Shown here: positions 19,872-29,289 of the stretch, piece after piece
Layout of the letters: each line of letters opens with the position of its first letter
How positions within the stretch are numbered: the stretch's first letter is position 1
NCBI GenBank assembly: GCA_965205335.1
Contig: OZ242164.1
Coordinates: 192,001 to 256,000 of the forward strand
Direction: 5' to 3'
Source: Candidatus Woesearchaeota archaeon
GTDB taxonomy: Archaea > Nanobdellota > Nanobdellia > Woesearchaeales > UBA583
DNA length: 64,000 nucleotides
Translations under genes and position numbers: made by a program
The notes under the pieces: generated by a model
The model's input: the letters and a program-made list of their open reading frames with translations, nothing else
The model's database searches: none
Told to the model about the DNA's origin: nothing

Positions 19872-21727
19872 CAATTAGGATTACATCTCTTAAACAGTTT
19901 ATCTACCATTTCAATATATGACGTGCTGCTCCATAACTGAGCATAACATCCTTGAGGCTTCTGCTCCTTTGCTGAACTAATCTCTGAACCAAAGCCAATG
20001 CAACCAAGTTCTAAAATATCCTTAGTTGAACTAAGTAGAAGATTATTAATTTCCTTTCTATATTTCTTTCCATTAAAATCATCTAAAACAATTGCTGCAA
20101 TATTATTAATCCAGTACCATGAATCTCCATTATGATAACTCAAATTATTTTCACCTGTATAAGAATCCTTGAAATTAGGATCTTTCTTTGAAAGAGAAGA
20201 AACACCCCCCCAATCGGTTTTCATAACTTTCAGTGCATTATCAAATACCATCTCCCAATCCTCACTTGTCAAAAAATATTTATAAAAATAATAAGCCAAA
20301 AATACATTGCACGACAACCTATCAATCATTGGTTCATCATATAAATTTCCACTTCTAAAATAGATACTTGCTATATGTGAACTGAACTCTTTCTCAAACT
20401 CTGAGAAATTGCTCTCATCCTCCCACTTCCCTAAAATTCTTGCAAACGAAGTAATATTACTTACAAAACCAAGCAATTGAACCAAAATATCCAAAGGATA
20501 ATCCAACGGAATAGTATCCATCCATGAATCTCCTCTATCAACTCTTAGAAGACTAACTTCCCTATCCCAGTTCCTTCTTAGAATCGCTCTAAAAGAACTT
20601 ACGAATTTATTATAAATTTCCTCAAGTTCATAATTACTAAAATACTTATAAAGTTCCTCTCTCTTCTTTAGAGTCTTTATAAAATCAGTAAACCTTTTTG
20701 ATAACCAAAAAACTGAATCAGGAGAACAATTTGAACCATCCTTATCAATAATCTTCAAACTACCATCCTCATCAATATTTTTAATATAATGCATTAACCT
20801 GCCCCTGACATAATCAAATTCTCCATTTGAAATAAAAGCCCAAATACTTACAAGTTCATCCCTTGACCAGACATCAGAAAACCAAGGAATTCCTGCAAAA
20901 GCTCCACTTCCATTTAAAAACTTATAAACAGCATTATTTGACAATTTATATGCTAAATTAACATTTGCAGTCATTAACCTTTTAAATTTTTTATCCTCTA
21001 ATAATTTCTGTGTGTTTTGAGCATCGGAAAAATAAGTTTTCTCAAAATTTAACCTTGCCCTACAAACCTTTGATATTGCCTCATCTCTTAAAAGACTTAC
21101 TGCAAATATTATCTCTTCCTCTGATTTAACCTTAAACATTAAAGCCTTAAAAACATACAAATCAAACAAAGAATCTCTTTCCTGCGAATAAGAATACTTC
21201 TTATTAACCCATTTTTTAATTTCCTCAATTTCCAAGTTCTCTGTTTCAAATGCCAAATACACTTTATAATCAACACTCTCTCCATTTTTCTTAATGTATT
21301 CTATTACGCAGATACCATTCTCATAACTAATATTATAGAATCTTCCCATATCAGAAAAATCATCAGATTTTCTTGCATCTAAATCCAATTCAATCCAAAC
21401 AGGGTTATTTGTTGAATAAAACAAAACTTCATCAGAACTCACATAGAATTTATCATAAAATCCATCAAAGAATCTTCTTACCTCAAGCCCTGAATACTTT
21501 ACCTCAACAGGCTCTTTTTGAGAAGATACTATAAACTCATCAATTACTTTGTAAGTTTGCTTTGAGTTAGAATCATAAAATGAATAACCCTGAAACTTGC
21601 ATGAATTTCTCACAACTCCCAAATTCAAAAAACCACCTTTGCAGTCAGTCAGGAAAAAATTAGAATTAATCAAATCTTTTGTTTCAAATGATACAGTATC
21701 AAGAATGAAATCATATGAAATCTTCAT
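19868..21727 (-). CDS. Amylo-alpha-1,6-glucosidase (glycogen debranching, GDE_C-like)
   Basis: AGIPWFSDVWSRDELVS, SWMDT, SYHNGDSW, QLWS. Confidence 0.82.
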   Translation of the reverse strand: MKISYDFILDTVSFETKDLINSNFFLTDCKGGFLNLGVVRNSCKFQGYSFYDSNSKQTYKVIDEFIVSSQKEPVEVKYSGLEVRRFFDGFYDKFYVSSDEVLFYSTNNPVWIELDLDARKSDDFSDMGRFYNISYENGICVIEYIKKNGESVDYKVYLAFETENLEIEEIKKWVNKKYSYSQERDSLFDLYVFKALMFKVKSEEEIIFAVSLLRDEAISKVCRARLNFEKTYFSDAQNTQKLLEDKKFKRLMTANVNLAYKLSNNAVYKFLNGSGAFAGIPWFSDVWSRDELVSIWAFISNGEFDYVRGRLMHYIKNIDEDGSLKIIDKDGSNCSPDSVFWLSKRFTDFIKTLKKREELYKYFSNYELEEIYNKFVSSFRAILRRNWDREVSLLRVDRGDSWMDTIPLDYPLDILVQLLGFVSNITSFARILGKWEDESNFSEFEKEFSSHIASIYFRSGNLYDEPMIDRLSCNVFLAYYFYKYFLTSEDWEMVFDNALKVMKTDWGGVSSLSKKDPNFKDSYTGENNLSYHNGDSWYWINNIAAIVLDDFNGKKYRKEINNLLLSSTKDILELGCIGFGSEISSAKEQKPQGCYAQLWSSTSYIEMVDKLFKRCNPNC

Positions 21728-21829
21728 AAAAACAAGAGTTGCAAAAATTTTATATAAAATCCTCTTAATTATTAAGTAAATAATAAATTATTTCAAAATT
21801 TAGGAATGTGGATTAAATATAAAAACCCA

Positions 21830-22486
21830 CTACTTCTCTCCTTTAGAACCTTTTCTGAATTTAAAAATATAAATAAAGAAACAAGAAATCATACTTCCAA
21901 TTCCTTCCAAGAGCATATCCTTTTGTGCATCCCACACATCCCCTTGCGAACCTAAAACTCCACCATATATTTTCTCCTCAAAATGAATAGAATAACCCCA
22001 CTCCAAAATCTCATAAATCGCCCCGGTTGCAAAAGCAAAAAGAACTATGCATAGCAAAGTGAACAATGAATTCTTCTTCAAAAGTTTTTTCTCTGTTAAA
22101 AGTTCATAAGCAGGTAAGGTAAGCAAAAGCCCAAACGAAAAATGAATTATTCTATCATAATGATTTCTACCAAGATTAAATAACTCGCTTAGAAAAAACC
22201 CTAAAGGAACTTCCGCATAAGAATAATGAGCTCCAATTGTCTGAAAAATTCCTATTAAAAAAATCATAAAATAAGATATCCTTGAAAATCGAAACTTCTT
22301 ATAAGTAAAAATTAAAACAAACAAAAAAATAACAAACAGGACATTTTCAGAAACCCAAACACTCCTATAATTAGGATTAATTGCTAAGGCAGTCCAAAAA
22401 ATTAAAAAAATAATTAACAGAATCTTTTCAAAATTTAATTTCATATCCTGAGCACCCTTTAAAGAATTTGATTTCTTATCTGACAT
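21830..22486 (-). CDS. DUF2238 membrane protein (YjdF-like)
   Basis: WVSEN, GAHYSYAEVP, RNHYDRIIH, YEILEW, LGSQGDVWDAQKDM. Confidence 0.88.
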   Translation of the reverse strand: MSDKKSNSLKGAQDMKLNFEKILLIIFLIFWTALAINPNYRSVWVSENVLFVIFLFVLIFTYKKFRFSRISYFMIFLIGIFQTIGAHYSYAEVPLGFFLSELFNLGRNHYDRIIHFSFGLLLTLPAYELLTEKKLLKKNSLFTLLCIVLFAFATGAIYEILEWGYSIHFEEKIYGGVLGSQGDVWDAQKDMLLEGIGSMISCFFIYIFKFRKGSKGEK

Positions 22487-22546
22487 CTGAAAAATAAATA
22501 TTCTCCTGCCTTTAAAAATATTATCATAATCTATTAAAAACACACC

Positions 22547-24187
22547 CTACAATTTCTTTATCGCAAAATCATATGCTCTCAAGTAGTTCTCAATAAACAC
22601 AGACCAATCATATTTTAAAGCAAGTTTCTTTGCAACACCTCTGCGAAAAGACTTTGCTTCATCACTCTCTTGCAAAAAACTATCAAGCATAAAACATAAA
22701 TCATCAATAGCACATTCCTCACTGCAATTAATCCTATCAAGCACTAAAGCACCTGAACACAAACTCCCATGAACTGACTCAATAGTTTGCCCAAAACCTG
22801 CAAGATTAGAAGTTATCGCAGGAACGCTAAACGAAATGCTCTCAAGAGGTGTATATCCCCAAGGTTCATAATATGACGGAAAAACTCCTAAATCACAGCC
22901 TGAAATAAACTCATAATATTCTCTATTAAAAGCCCTATCAGAACCATCAAGAAGAACAGGAATTAAAATATTTCTAACCTTATCATCACTACAATTCTCT
23001 AGTCCATTCTCTCTTAAACACCTTATAATATCATGCTCTTCTATGCAATGTGTTGAAAGAGGAGTTTTAAAACCTCCATCAATTTTCTCTTCATTATAAT
23101 TTGCAGTTGAATCAAATATCTGAGAATTTAACTCAAAATCCCCTATGATTACAATAAAAAAATTCAACACCTCCATCTCTGACTTTTCATTCTTTAACTT
23201 TTCATTTAACCTTGAAAGAGCCTTTATGTAAATATCATATCCCTTGTTCCTAAACTCATTTCTCCCACTTGTATAAAAAATCTTAGTTTTGCTTGTATCA
23301 ATCTCATAAAAATTACTAAAATACAATTCAATAAAATGATTTGTTATTTCCCTTGAATTCCTGAACTTCCCATCACCCCATGCTAATCCATCAACATTCT
23401 GATTATTAAACCCATTGTACAATAAAACATCAGCTTCCTTTCCATATAATGCTCTTGCCTCATTATTTGTAACATCTGATACTGTTGTAAAACAATCCGA
23501 AATATGAGCCAAAACTCTCTCTGTCTGATGCTTAGTATGAACACCCATATCATAAGCATATCTCTGAGGATTTATTACATTCTGTATACTTCTAAGATCT
23601 TCCCCATGAGATGAAATTGTTCTTCCAAGCATCGTTGCATGGGTTGTAAAAATGCATTTGAACTTACGAATTTCCTTCATTTTAAAATATAATATAGTCC
23701 CTCCACTCATCCATTCATGAGCATGAACTAATACATTTTCATCATTATCCTCATTTAATTTCTCAATAACTATTCCACAGCACCACGACCAGAGAATTGC
23801 TTCATCATAATCATGCCAGTCTGAATTCAAAGAATCAATCTCATATCTCTTCCATAACTTCTTTTTAATATCATCTATATTCTCACTATAACTCATATAA
23901 TCAACTAATATAACATTTTTATCTCCTGAAATATCTGTTGTTCCAAAATGAACCTTTATTCCCATAGACTCTAATTCCTTTACTTTTTCAGTTAGATTTT
24001 GAGGAACTTCTGTTTCATAAAAAGTCTTTTTTGAAGACTCAAAGTAAGGACCTACCATATAATAATCTCTAACTTTATCCACAATATATGGAACTTTAGA
24101 ACTTATGACTGTAAAAATTCCCCCTTGCTTATTGCAAACTTCCCAAGAAACCTCATACAATACAGAATCTATTCTCATACAATCCAA
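22547..24187 (-). CDS. Glycogen synthase, GT3 family
   Basis: EVSWEVCNKQGGIFTV, HAHEWM, FTTHATMLGR, SGRNEFRNKG, FPSYYEPWGYTPLE. Confidence 0.9.
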   Translation of the reverse strand: MDCMRIDSVLYEVSWEVCNKQGGIFTVISSKVPYIVDKVRDYYMVGPYFESSKKTFYETEVPQNLTEKVKELESMGIKVHFGTTDISGDKNVILVDYMSYSENIDDIKKKLWKRYEIDSLNSDWHDYDEAILWSWCCGIVIEKLNEDNDENVLVHAHEWMSGGTILYFKMKEIRKFKCIFTTHATMLGRTISSHGEDLRSIQNVINPQRYAYDMGVHTKHQTERVLAHISDCFTTVSDVTNNEARALYGKEADVLLYNGFNNQNVDGLAWGDGKFRNSREITNHFIELYFSNFYEIDTSKTKIFYTSGRNEFRNKGYDIYIKALSRLNEKLKNEKSEMEVLNFFIVIIGDFELNSQIFDSTANYNEEKIDGGFKTPLSTHCIEEHDIIRCLRENGLENCSDDKVRNILIPVLLDGSDRAFNREYYEFISGCDLGVFPSYYEPWGYTPLESISFSVPAITSNLAGFGQTIESVHGSLCSGALVLDRINCSEECAIDDLCFMLDSFLQESDEAKSFRRGVAKKLALKYDWSVFIENYLRAYDFAIKKL

Positions 24188-24245
24188 TCAAAAAAACGCT
24201 AATTAAAAATTCTTATTAATCAAACAGTTGTAAACAAAAAATTGA

Positions 24246-24842
24246 CTATTTTTTGATAAAAAGACCCGAATCCCCAACTTTCTGAATCAACGAAAAATTG
24301 TCAGATTCATAATCATTATATATTTTTCTTAAAGTTTGAATCAATAATTTACTTTCAAATTCTCTTTTCGAAGCTAAATATTTTTTTCTTCTAGCTTCTT
24401 CTCCTTGTAGGACTTGTAGGGTCTTCTGGTACATTACACTTACTCCCGTCACATTCTCATATCCTCTAATCATATTCTCATCTTCTCTCCTTATGTCTTC
24501 ATATTCTTTCCGTGCCTCTAATAATCCTAAAAAATTTAACAAACCTGCAAACAAATTTCTAATTTTTTTATTATTCCGCTTAAGAAGTATTTTTCTTTCA
24601 CTATCCAGCTTAATACCTCCCAGCGAATAATAACTCTCCTTAAGAATTTCAATGTTCTTCTCTGCCATTTTAGTAAGACTTTTCTTAAATAGCCCTTTGC
24701 TAAATCTTTTGTCATATCCCTTGCACAAATTTAAAATCTGCTTCTCATAAGCTAAAAAACCTAGCATCTCATTAACTGTAAATTCATGACCAGTTGTCAA
24801 TTTCTCCTGAAGATCTCTTATTTTATCACTTAAATTTCTCAT
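24246..24842 (-). CDS. Hypothetical protein
   Basis: 198-aa helical/charged ORF filling the gap between two genes. Confidence 0.55.
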   Translation of the reverse strand: MRNLSDKIRDLQEKLTTGHEFTVNEMLGFLAYEKQILNLCKGYDKRFSKGLFKKSLTKMAEKNIEILKESYYSLGGIKLDSERKILLKRNNKKIRNLFAGLLNFLGLLEARKEYEDIRREDENMIRGYENVTGVSVMYQKTLQVLQGEEARRKKYLASKREFESKLLIQTLRKIYNDYESDNFSLIQKVGDSGLFIKK

Positions 24843-25026
24843 TTTTCACATTATAACCAAAGTTACATCTAGTTTTTATCTTTTTTATATATATATATGT
24901 TAACTAAGAAGTAGTATCTCCTTGTAAAATCGGCACTTAAGAAATTTTTTGATATGAAAAATTACAAACCGAACTTATACAAGTAAAATTTATAAAGAGT
25001 ACACATCTAAAATAATTTATACTACT

Positions 25027-27183
25027 ATGTTAGCGAAATTAATAGGGAAATCAGATATTTACAAATTCAGAATTGAAATCTTAGGAGATGTTAAAACATT
25101 TGATTTCCTAAAAGTAAATCATGAAGAATTCCCAAACATTCTAACCCAAGTCACTAACATAACTCGTGATGGCGATACTCTTTTAGGAGACTGCAAAATT
25201 ATAGGGTACAGAGAAAGCGGAGTACTAAAAAACATAAGAACACCATTCTTATTAGATGCACAAATTGAAAAAGCTGATGACAAATTTATTGAAGAAACAA
25301 TAGGACTAAACATTGACAAAGAAAACTTCATAGGAGTCTTAGAACACCACTCAGGTTTAAAAATTTCAATTGATCTTAAAAAAGCAATCACAAAACACAT
25401 GGCAATTCTTGCAAAATCAGGAGCGGGAAAATCATACACTGTTGGAGTAATACTTGAAGAAGTCCTGAAAAAGAACATACCAATTGTAATACTTGACCCT
25501 CATAACGAATATGCATCCCTGAAATATCCCAACGCTGAAAAAAAAGACTTGGGCAGACTTGAAAAATTCAATTTAAAACCTCAGGGATTTTTAGAAAGAG
25601 TAAAAGAATTCTCCCCTGACACTGAAATAAATCCTCAATGTGAACCAATAACACTTGACATAAACAAACTAAAACCTCAGGAATTAGTTGATTCCCTTCC
25701 CCAAAAACTAAGCCCTGCCCAATCAAACATACTATTTAACATTCTCAGCAACACAACAAACAAACTAAGCATTGATGAATTAATATTTAACATTTCAAAC
25801 GAAGAATCAAACTCAAAATGGTCTCTTATAACAATGCTTGAACAACTTAAAAAATTAAAACTATACTCAAACACCCCAACGCCCCCCGAAGAGATAGTAA
25901 AATACAAAAGATGCTCTATCATTTCATTAAAAGGAGTTGAGCCCTATGTCCAAGAAACATTCATTAGCGGACTAATAAGAGACTTATTTGACAAAAGAAA
26001 AAAAGAAGAAATCCCACCCTTCTTATTAGTCTTAGAAGAAGCCCATAATTTCTGCCCTGAAAGAGCACTTGGAGAAACAAAAGCCTCAAAAGTAATTCGG
26101 ACAATTGCTGCTGAAGGTCGTAAATTCGGACTTGGACTATGCGTCATTTCACAAAGACCAGCAAAAGTTGATAAAAATGTAATCTCCCAATGCACAACCC
26201 AGATACTTCTTAAAATCACAAATCCCAACGACTTAAAATCTGTTATATCATCATCAGAGGGTGTATCTTCTGACTCTGAAGGGGAAATCCAAAAACTAAA
26301 CATCGGAACATGCCTCCTAACTGGAGTCATCGACATACCTCTAAAAATAAACATAAGACCAAGAATTTCAAAACACGGAGGAGAAACCGTTGACATAACA
26401 CTTCCATATGAATTAGATGAAAACGGAAACAAATCAGAAGACGCTAATACACCAAATGAAAATGAACAAAAAAACACAAATAACGAGAAAACAGAAGATG
26501 ATAAAAAAGAAATAAAAGAAGTAGAAAATAAAACAGATGAAAAAGAAATGAACAAAGAGAGAAATGATGACAAAATATTTACTTCTGGCAAGAACAATGA
26601 ATTCATCCAACACATCAGTGCAGAAATAACACCTGACGATGCCAAAGTAATGCTTGACTGCGATAAAATTGAAATCCAATTAGTCCCAGCATCAATAATC
26701 AAGCTAAAAACAAGTTCAGGAAAACAGGCAAACATACTGTACGATAGAGCAAACAAAAAAATAATAAAAAAAATATTTCCTTATGAAGGATATGATGCAA
26801 ATCTAAATCCTGATAACCTAACAGATACTGAAATGAAATTTCTAAAAGTCATTCTAAAACTTGAAGACAGCTTTAATCCAGCTGAACTAATGATTAAAAC
26901 CGACAGCACATTCAACGAAATCCTAAGAGTCTGCGACACATTAGCAGCAAAAGGAGTTATTAACAAATCAAACAAACAATTTGAAATAGGAAGCCTAAAA
27001 TTTGCCAAAAAATTAGATGAATTAAACTTTTATGGAAACCAGAAATTTGAAGAAATATCTTATGATACAATCCTTGACTCAAAAATTAATGAAAACGAGA
27101 CTAGAAAACTCTTTGAAATATTTGGAACTGTTCATAACATCAAGGAAATATTCATACTAAAATACATTGGAAAGAAAATATAA
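25027..27183 (+). CDS. HerA/FtsK-like ATPase (DUF87) with acidic linker and C-terminal wHTH-like region
   Basis: HMAILAKSGAGKS, ILDPHNEY, LEEAHNF, EGRKFG, SQRPAKVD. Confidence 0.9.
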   Translation: MLAKLIGKSDIYKFRIEILGDVKTFDFLKVNHEEFPNILTQVTNITRDGDTLLGDCKIIGYRESGVLKNIRTPFLLDAQIEKADDKFIEETIGLNIDKENFIGVLEHHSGLKISIDLKKAITKHMAILAKSGAGKSYTVGVILEEVLKKNIPIVILDPHNEYASLKYPNAEKKDLGRLEKFNLKPQGFLERVKEFSPDTEINPQCEPITLDINKLKPQELVDSLPQKLSPAQSNILFNILSNTTNKLSIDELIFNISNEESNSKWSLITMLEQLKKLKLYSNTPTPPEEIVKYKRCSIISLKGVEPYVQETFISGLIRDLFDKRKKEEIPPFLLVLEEAHNFCPERALGETKASKVIRTIAAEGRKFGLGLCVISQRPAKVDKNVISQCTTQILLKITNPNDLKSVISSSEGVSSDSEGEIQKLNIGTCLLTGVIDIPLKINIRPRISKHGGETVDITLPYELDENGNKSEDANTPNENEQKNTNNEKTEDDKKEIKEVENKTDEKEMNKERNDDKIFTSGKNNEFIQHISAEITPDDAKVMLDCDKIEIQLVPASIIKLKTSSGKQANILYDRANKKIIKKIFPYEGYDANLNPDNLTDTEMKFLKVILKLEDSFNPAELMIKTDSTFNEILRVCDTLAAKGVINKSNKQFEIGSLKFAKKLDELNFYGNQKFEEISYDTILDSKINENETRKLFEIFGTVHNIKEIFILKYIGKKI

Positions 27184-27298
27184 ATTCTAATAATTGAGAT
27201 AACAAAAATATTTTTATCTCTCTTATTTTTGCTATTTGACACCCAAGAGTGATTAAAAAACACAAACTTATAAATATATTTCTATTTTTTATCATATT

Positions 27299-28144
27299 GT
27301 GACATTAGAAAAAGTTCTTGAAACATCAGGAGAAGAATTTAATAGGTTCGATGAAATCTGTAAAATCTATGAAATTTCAAAGGAAAGATTAGAAGAGATT
27401 ATAGAAAAATTCCCTGCATTTGCAGGATATGACCATAAAAGAGTTGTAAAGCAGGCAACACAAGTATATGAAAACGAAAAAAGAGTTAAAGAAGCTATAT
27501 TAAAATTCCCTCCATTTGCAGGACTTGACCATAAAAGAGTTGTAAAGCAAGCAACACAAGTATATGAAAACGAAAAAAGAGTTAAAGAAGCTATATTAAA
27601 ACACCCTCAATTTGCAGGACTTGACCACAAAAGAGTTGTAAAGCAAGCAACACAAGTATATGAAAACGAAAAAAGAGTTAAAGAAGCTATATTAAAACAC
27701 CCTCCATTTGCAGGATATGACCACAAAAGAGTTGTACAAGAAGCAACACAAGTATATGAAAACGAAAAAAGAGTTAAAGAAGCTATATTAAAATTCCCTC
27801 GATTTGCAGGACTTGACCATAAAAGAGTATATAGACAGAAAACAAGAATCGGACGCCTTATAGGTTTATCCAATGAAGAATCCATTGATATTATTCTTAA
27901 TACTTCTAATTCGGCTGGTTATTCCTACAGAAGGGATTTAGCCAGAATTGATGTTGTAAGAACTCTAAGAGATGAAGGAGTGGAAATCACAGAAGATGTA
28001 AAAAACTGGTTTATTAATAACTATATAAAAAGTCCATATGTACCTAATACAAGAAGAAGAATCTCTCATGTAGATGATGGGTTAGAGCCACCATTATTAG
28101 TTGGGGCAAGGAGAAAATTTGCAGACCAACTTAATGCAATCTAA
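27299..28144 (+). CDS. mTERF-like tandem-repeat protein (32-aa repeats)
   Basis: K(F/H)PxFAG(Y/L)DHKRVVKQATQVYENEKRVKEAIL repeats; degenerate flank IGLSNEESIDIILNTSNSAGYS; own promoter AAACTTATAAATA at about 27264. Confidence 0.7.
   Translation: MTLEKVLETSGEEFNRFDEICKIYEISKERLEEIIEKFPAFAGYDHKRVVKQATQVYENEKRVKEAILKFPPFAGLDHKRVVKQATQVYENEKRVKEAILKHPQFAGLDHKRVVKQATQVYENEKRVKEAILKHPPFAGYDHKRVVQEATQVYENEKRVKEAILKFPRFAGLDHKRVYRQKTRIGRLIGLSNEESIDIILNTSNSAGYSYRRDLARIDVVRTLRDEGVEITEDVKNWFINNYIKSPYVPNTRRRISHVDDGLEPPLLVGARRKFADQLNAI
27407..27829 (+). repeat. Intragenic tandem repeat, 96-bp unit x about 4.4
   Basis: Units start at 27407, 27503, 27599, 27695, 27791; near-identical DNA. Confidence 0.95.
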
Positions 28145-28152
28145 TAGTAATT

Positions 28153-28299
28153 CTAAATAAAATTTTTATCTAACCATCTTGACTTTTTTAATGCCTTAAT
28201 TCTGCTCTCTGTTGTTGGATGTGTTGAAAATAATTTAAATATTGAACTTCCTTTAAACGGGTTTACAATAAATAAACCCTCAACTTAAGCAGTTCCCAA
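28153..28299 (-). pseudogene. htpX: 3' remnant of an HtpX/M48 protease gene
   Basis: Reads [36 protein letters not shown]; in-frame stop and no start. Confidence 0.75.
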
Positions 28300-28365
28300 A
28301 TGGACATTTTATTCCCTTCAAAATAATTATAAATATATTTCAATAAAAACTTTATAAAAGTTCTA

Positions 28366-29289
28366 ATGAGTTCACAAAACAGCCTGACAACCCTTTACAA
28401 TATTAGCAGTTCCATCCCTCTTCTACTATTTATAATTTCATTATTTATTTTACACCAATTCATTATAGAAGAATTCTCATATGGATTTATTGCAATGTTT
28501 CTTGCATTAATCATACAGACTATGTATTTAATGATCAAAGACTTGCAACATACTAATCAAAGTAACTTTAACAAATATCTAACGAACATTTCAGAACTTA
28601 TCACATTTGGTATCTGTCCAATTATTTTTGGATTAATCTTCTTCAAAGGTGCTGAATCCATATTTATTATATCATCATTAATACTTTTTGCGATATTTAC
28701 AATACTTTGGGCGGTAAGAAATTGGGCGCTTGATATGAAAAATTCAGTGGGCTGGTCAATCTCGTTTAATGGTTTATTCATGCCAATAATCTATTACATA
28801 TACTTATACCACCTTTACGGCTCAGACAGTTCTGTATTCCTTTTATACTTTCTAACAGTTGGTGTTCTAGGCATTTGGAATTACAATTTTTTAAGCAATA
28901 TAAAAGATAAAGAAAAATACTATTTAGAAGAATTTGAAATCCAGAAATCAAGGATAATGGATATGGTTGAGAATTATTATGACAAAAAGGAAAACCTGCA
29001 AAATAGCAAAGACAATGAGAACCTAGAAGATGAAGAATTTGAAATAGATGGAGAATTTGAGGCTGATAGAGAATTCATTGAAAAAACCTTCCAAAATGAA
29101 ACAAAAAATAATAATGATTTTAGAATAGAAAATATGCCAACTGAAAGTGAATTAAGAGATACATTTGACCCTTCAAGCATGAAAATAGAAAATTCAACTA
29201 AAAAATCATTACAAGAAGAAAGAAAGAAAAACGAAAATAATTCTGCAGATAATAACAAAGAAGATGAATTAGATAGAAAATGGGATTAA
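28366..29289 (+). CDS. Membrane protein resembling a degenerate CDP-alcohol phosphatidyltransferase (PssA-like) with acidic C-tail
   Basis: About 6 TM segments; QSNFNKYLTNISELITFGICP aligns by eye with ..FGxxLDSLADxVSFGVAP but lacks the Asp residues. Confidence 0.5.
   Translation: MSSQNSLTTLYNISSSIPLLLFIISLFILHQFIIEEFSYGFIAMFLALIIQTMYLMIKDLQHTNQSNFNKYLTNISELITFGICPIIFGLIFFKGAESIFIISSLILFAIFTILWAVRNWALDMKNSVGWSISFNGLFMPIIYYIYLYHLYGSDSSVFLLYFLTVGVLGIWNYNFLSNIKDKEKYYLEEFEIQKSRIMDMVENYYDKKENLQNSKDNENLEDEEFEIDGEFEADREFIEKTFQNETKNNNDFRIENMPTESELRDTFDPSSMKIENSTKKSLQEERKKNENNSADNNKEDELDRKWD

Noticed and set aside
25944-26756. 270-aa antisense ORF and the many other antisense ORFs in the track
   Set aside because: Shadows of real genes caused by codon bias; no motifs or promoters
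27407-27829. Possible CRISPR array
   Set aside because: Repeats are in-frame 96-bp coding units with no unique spacers, and no cas genes are present
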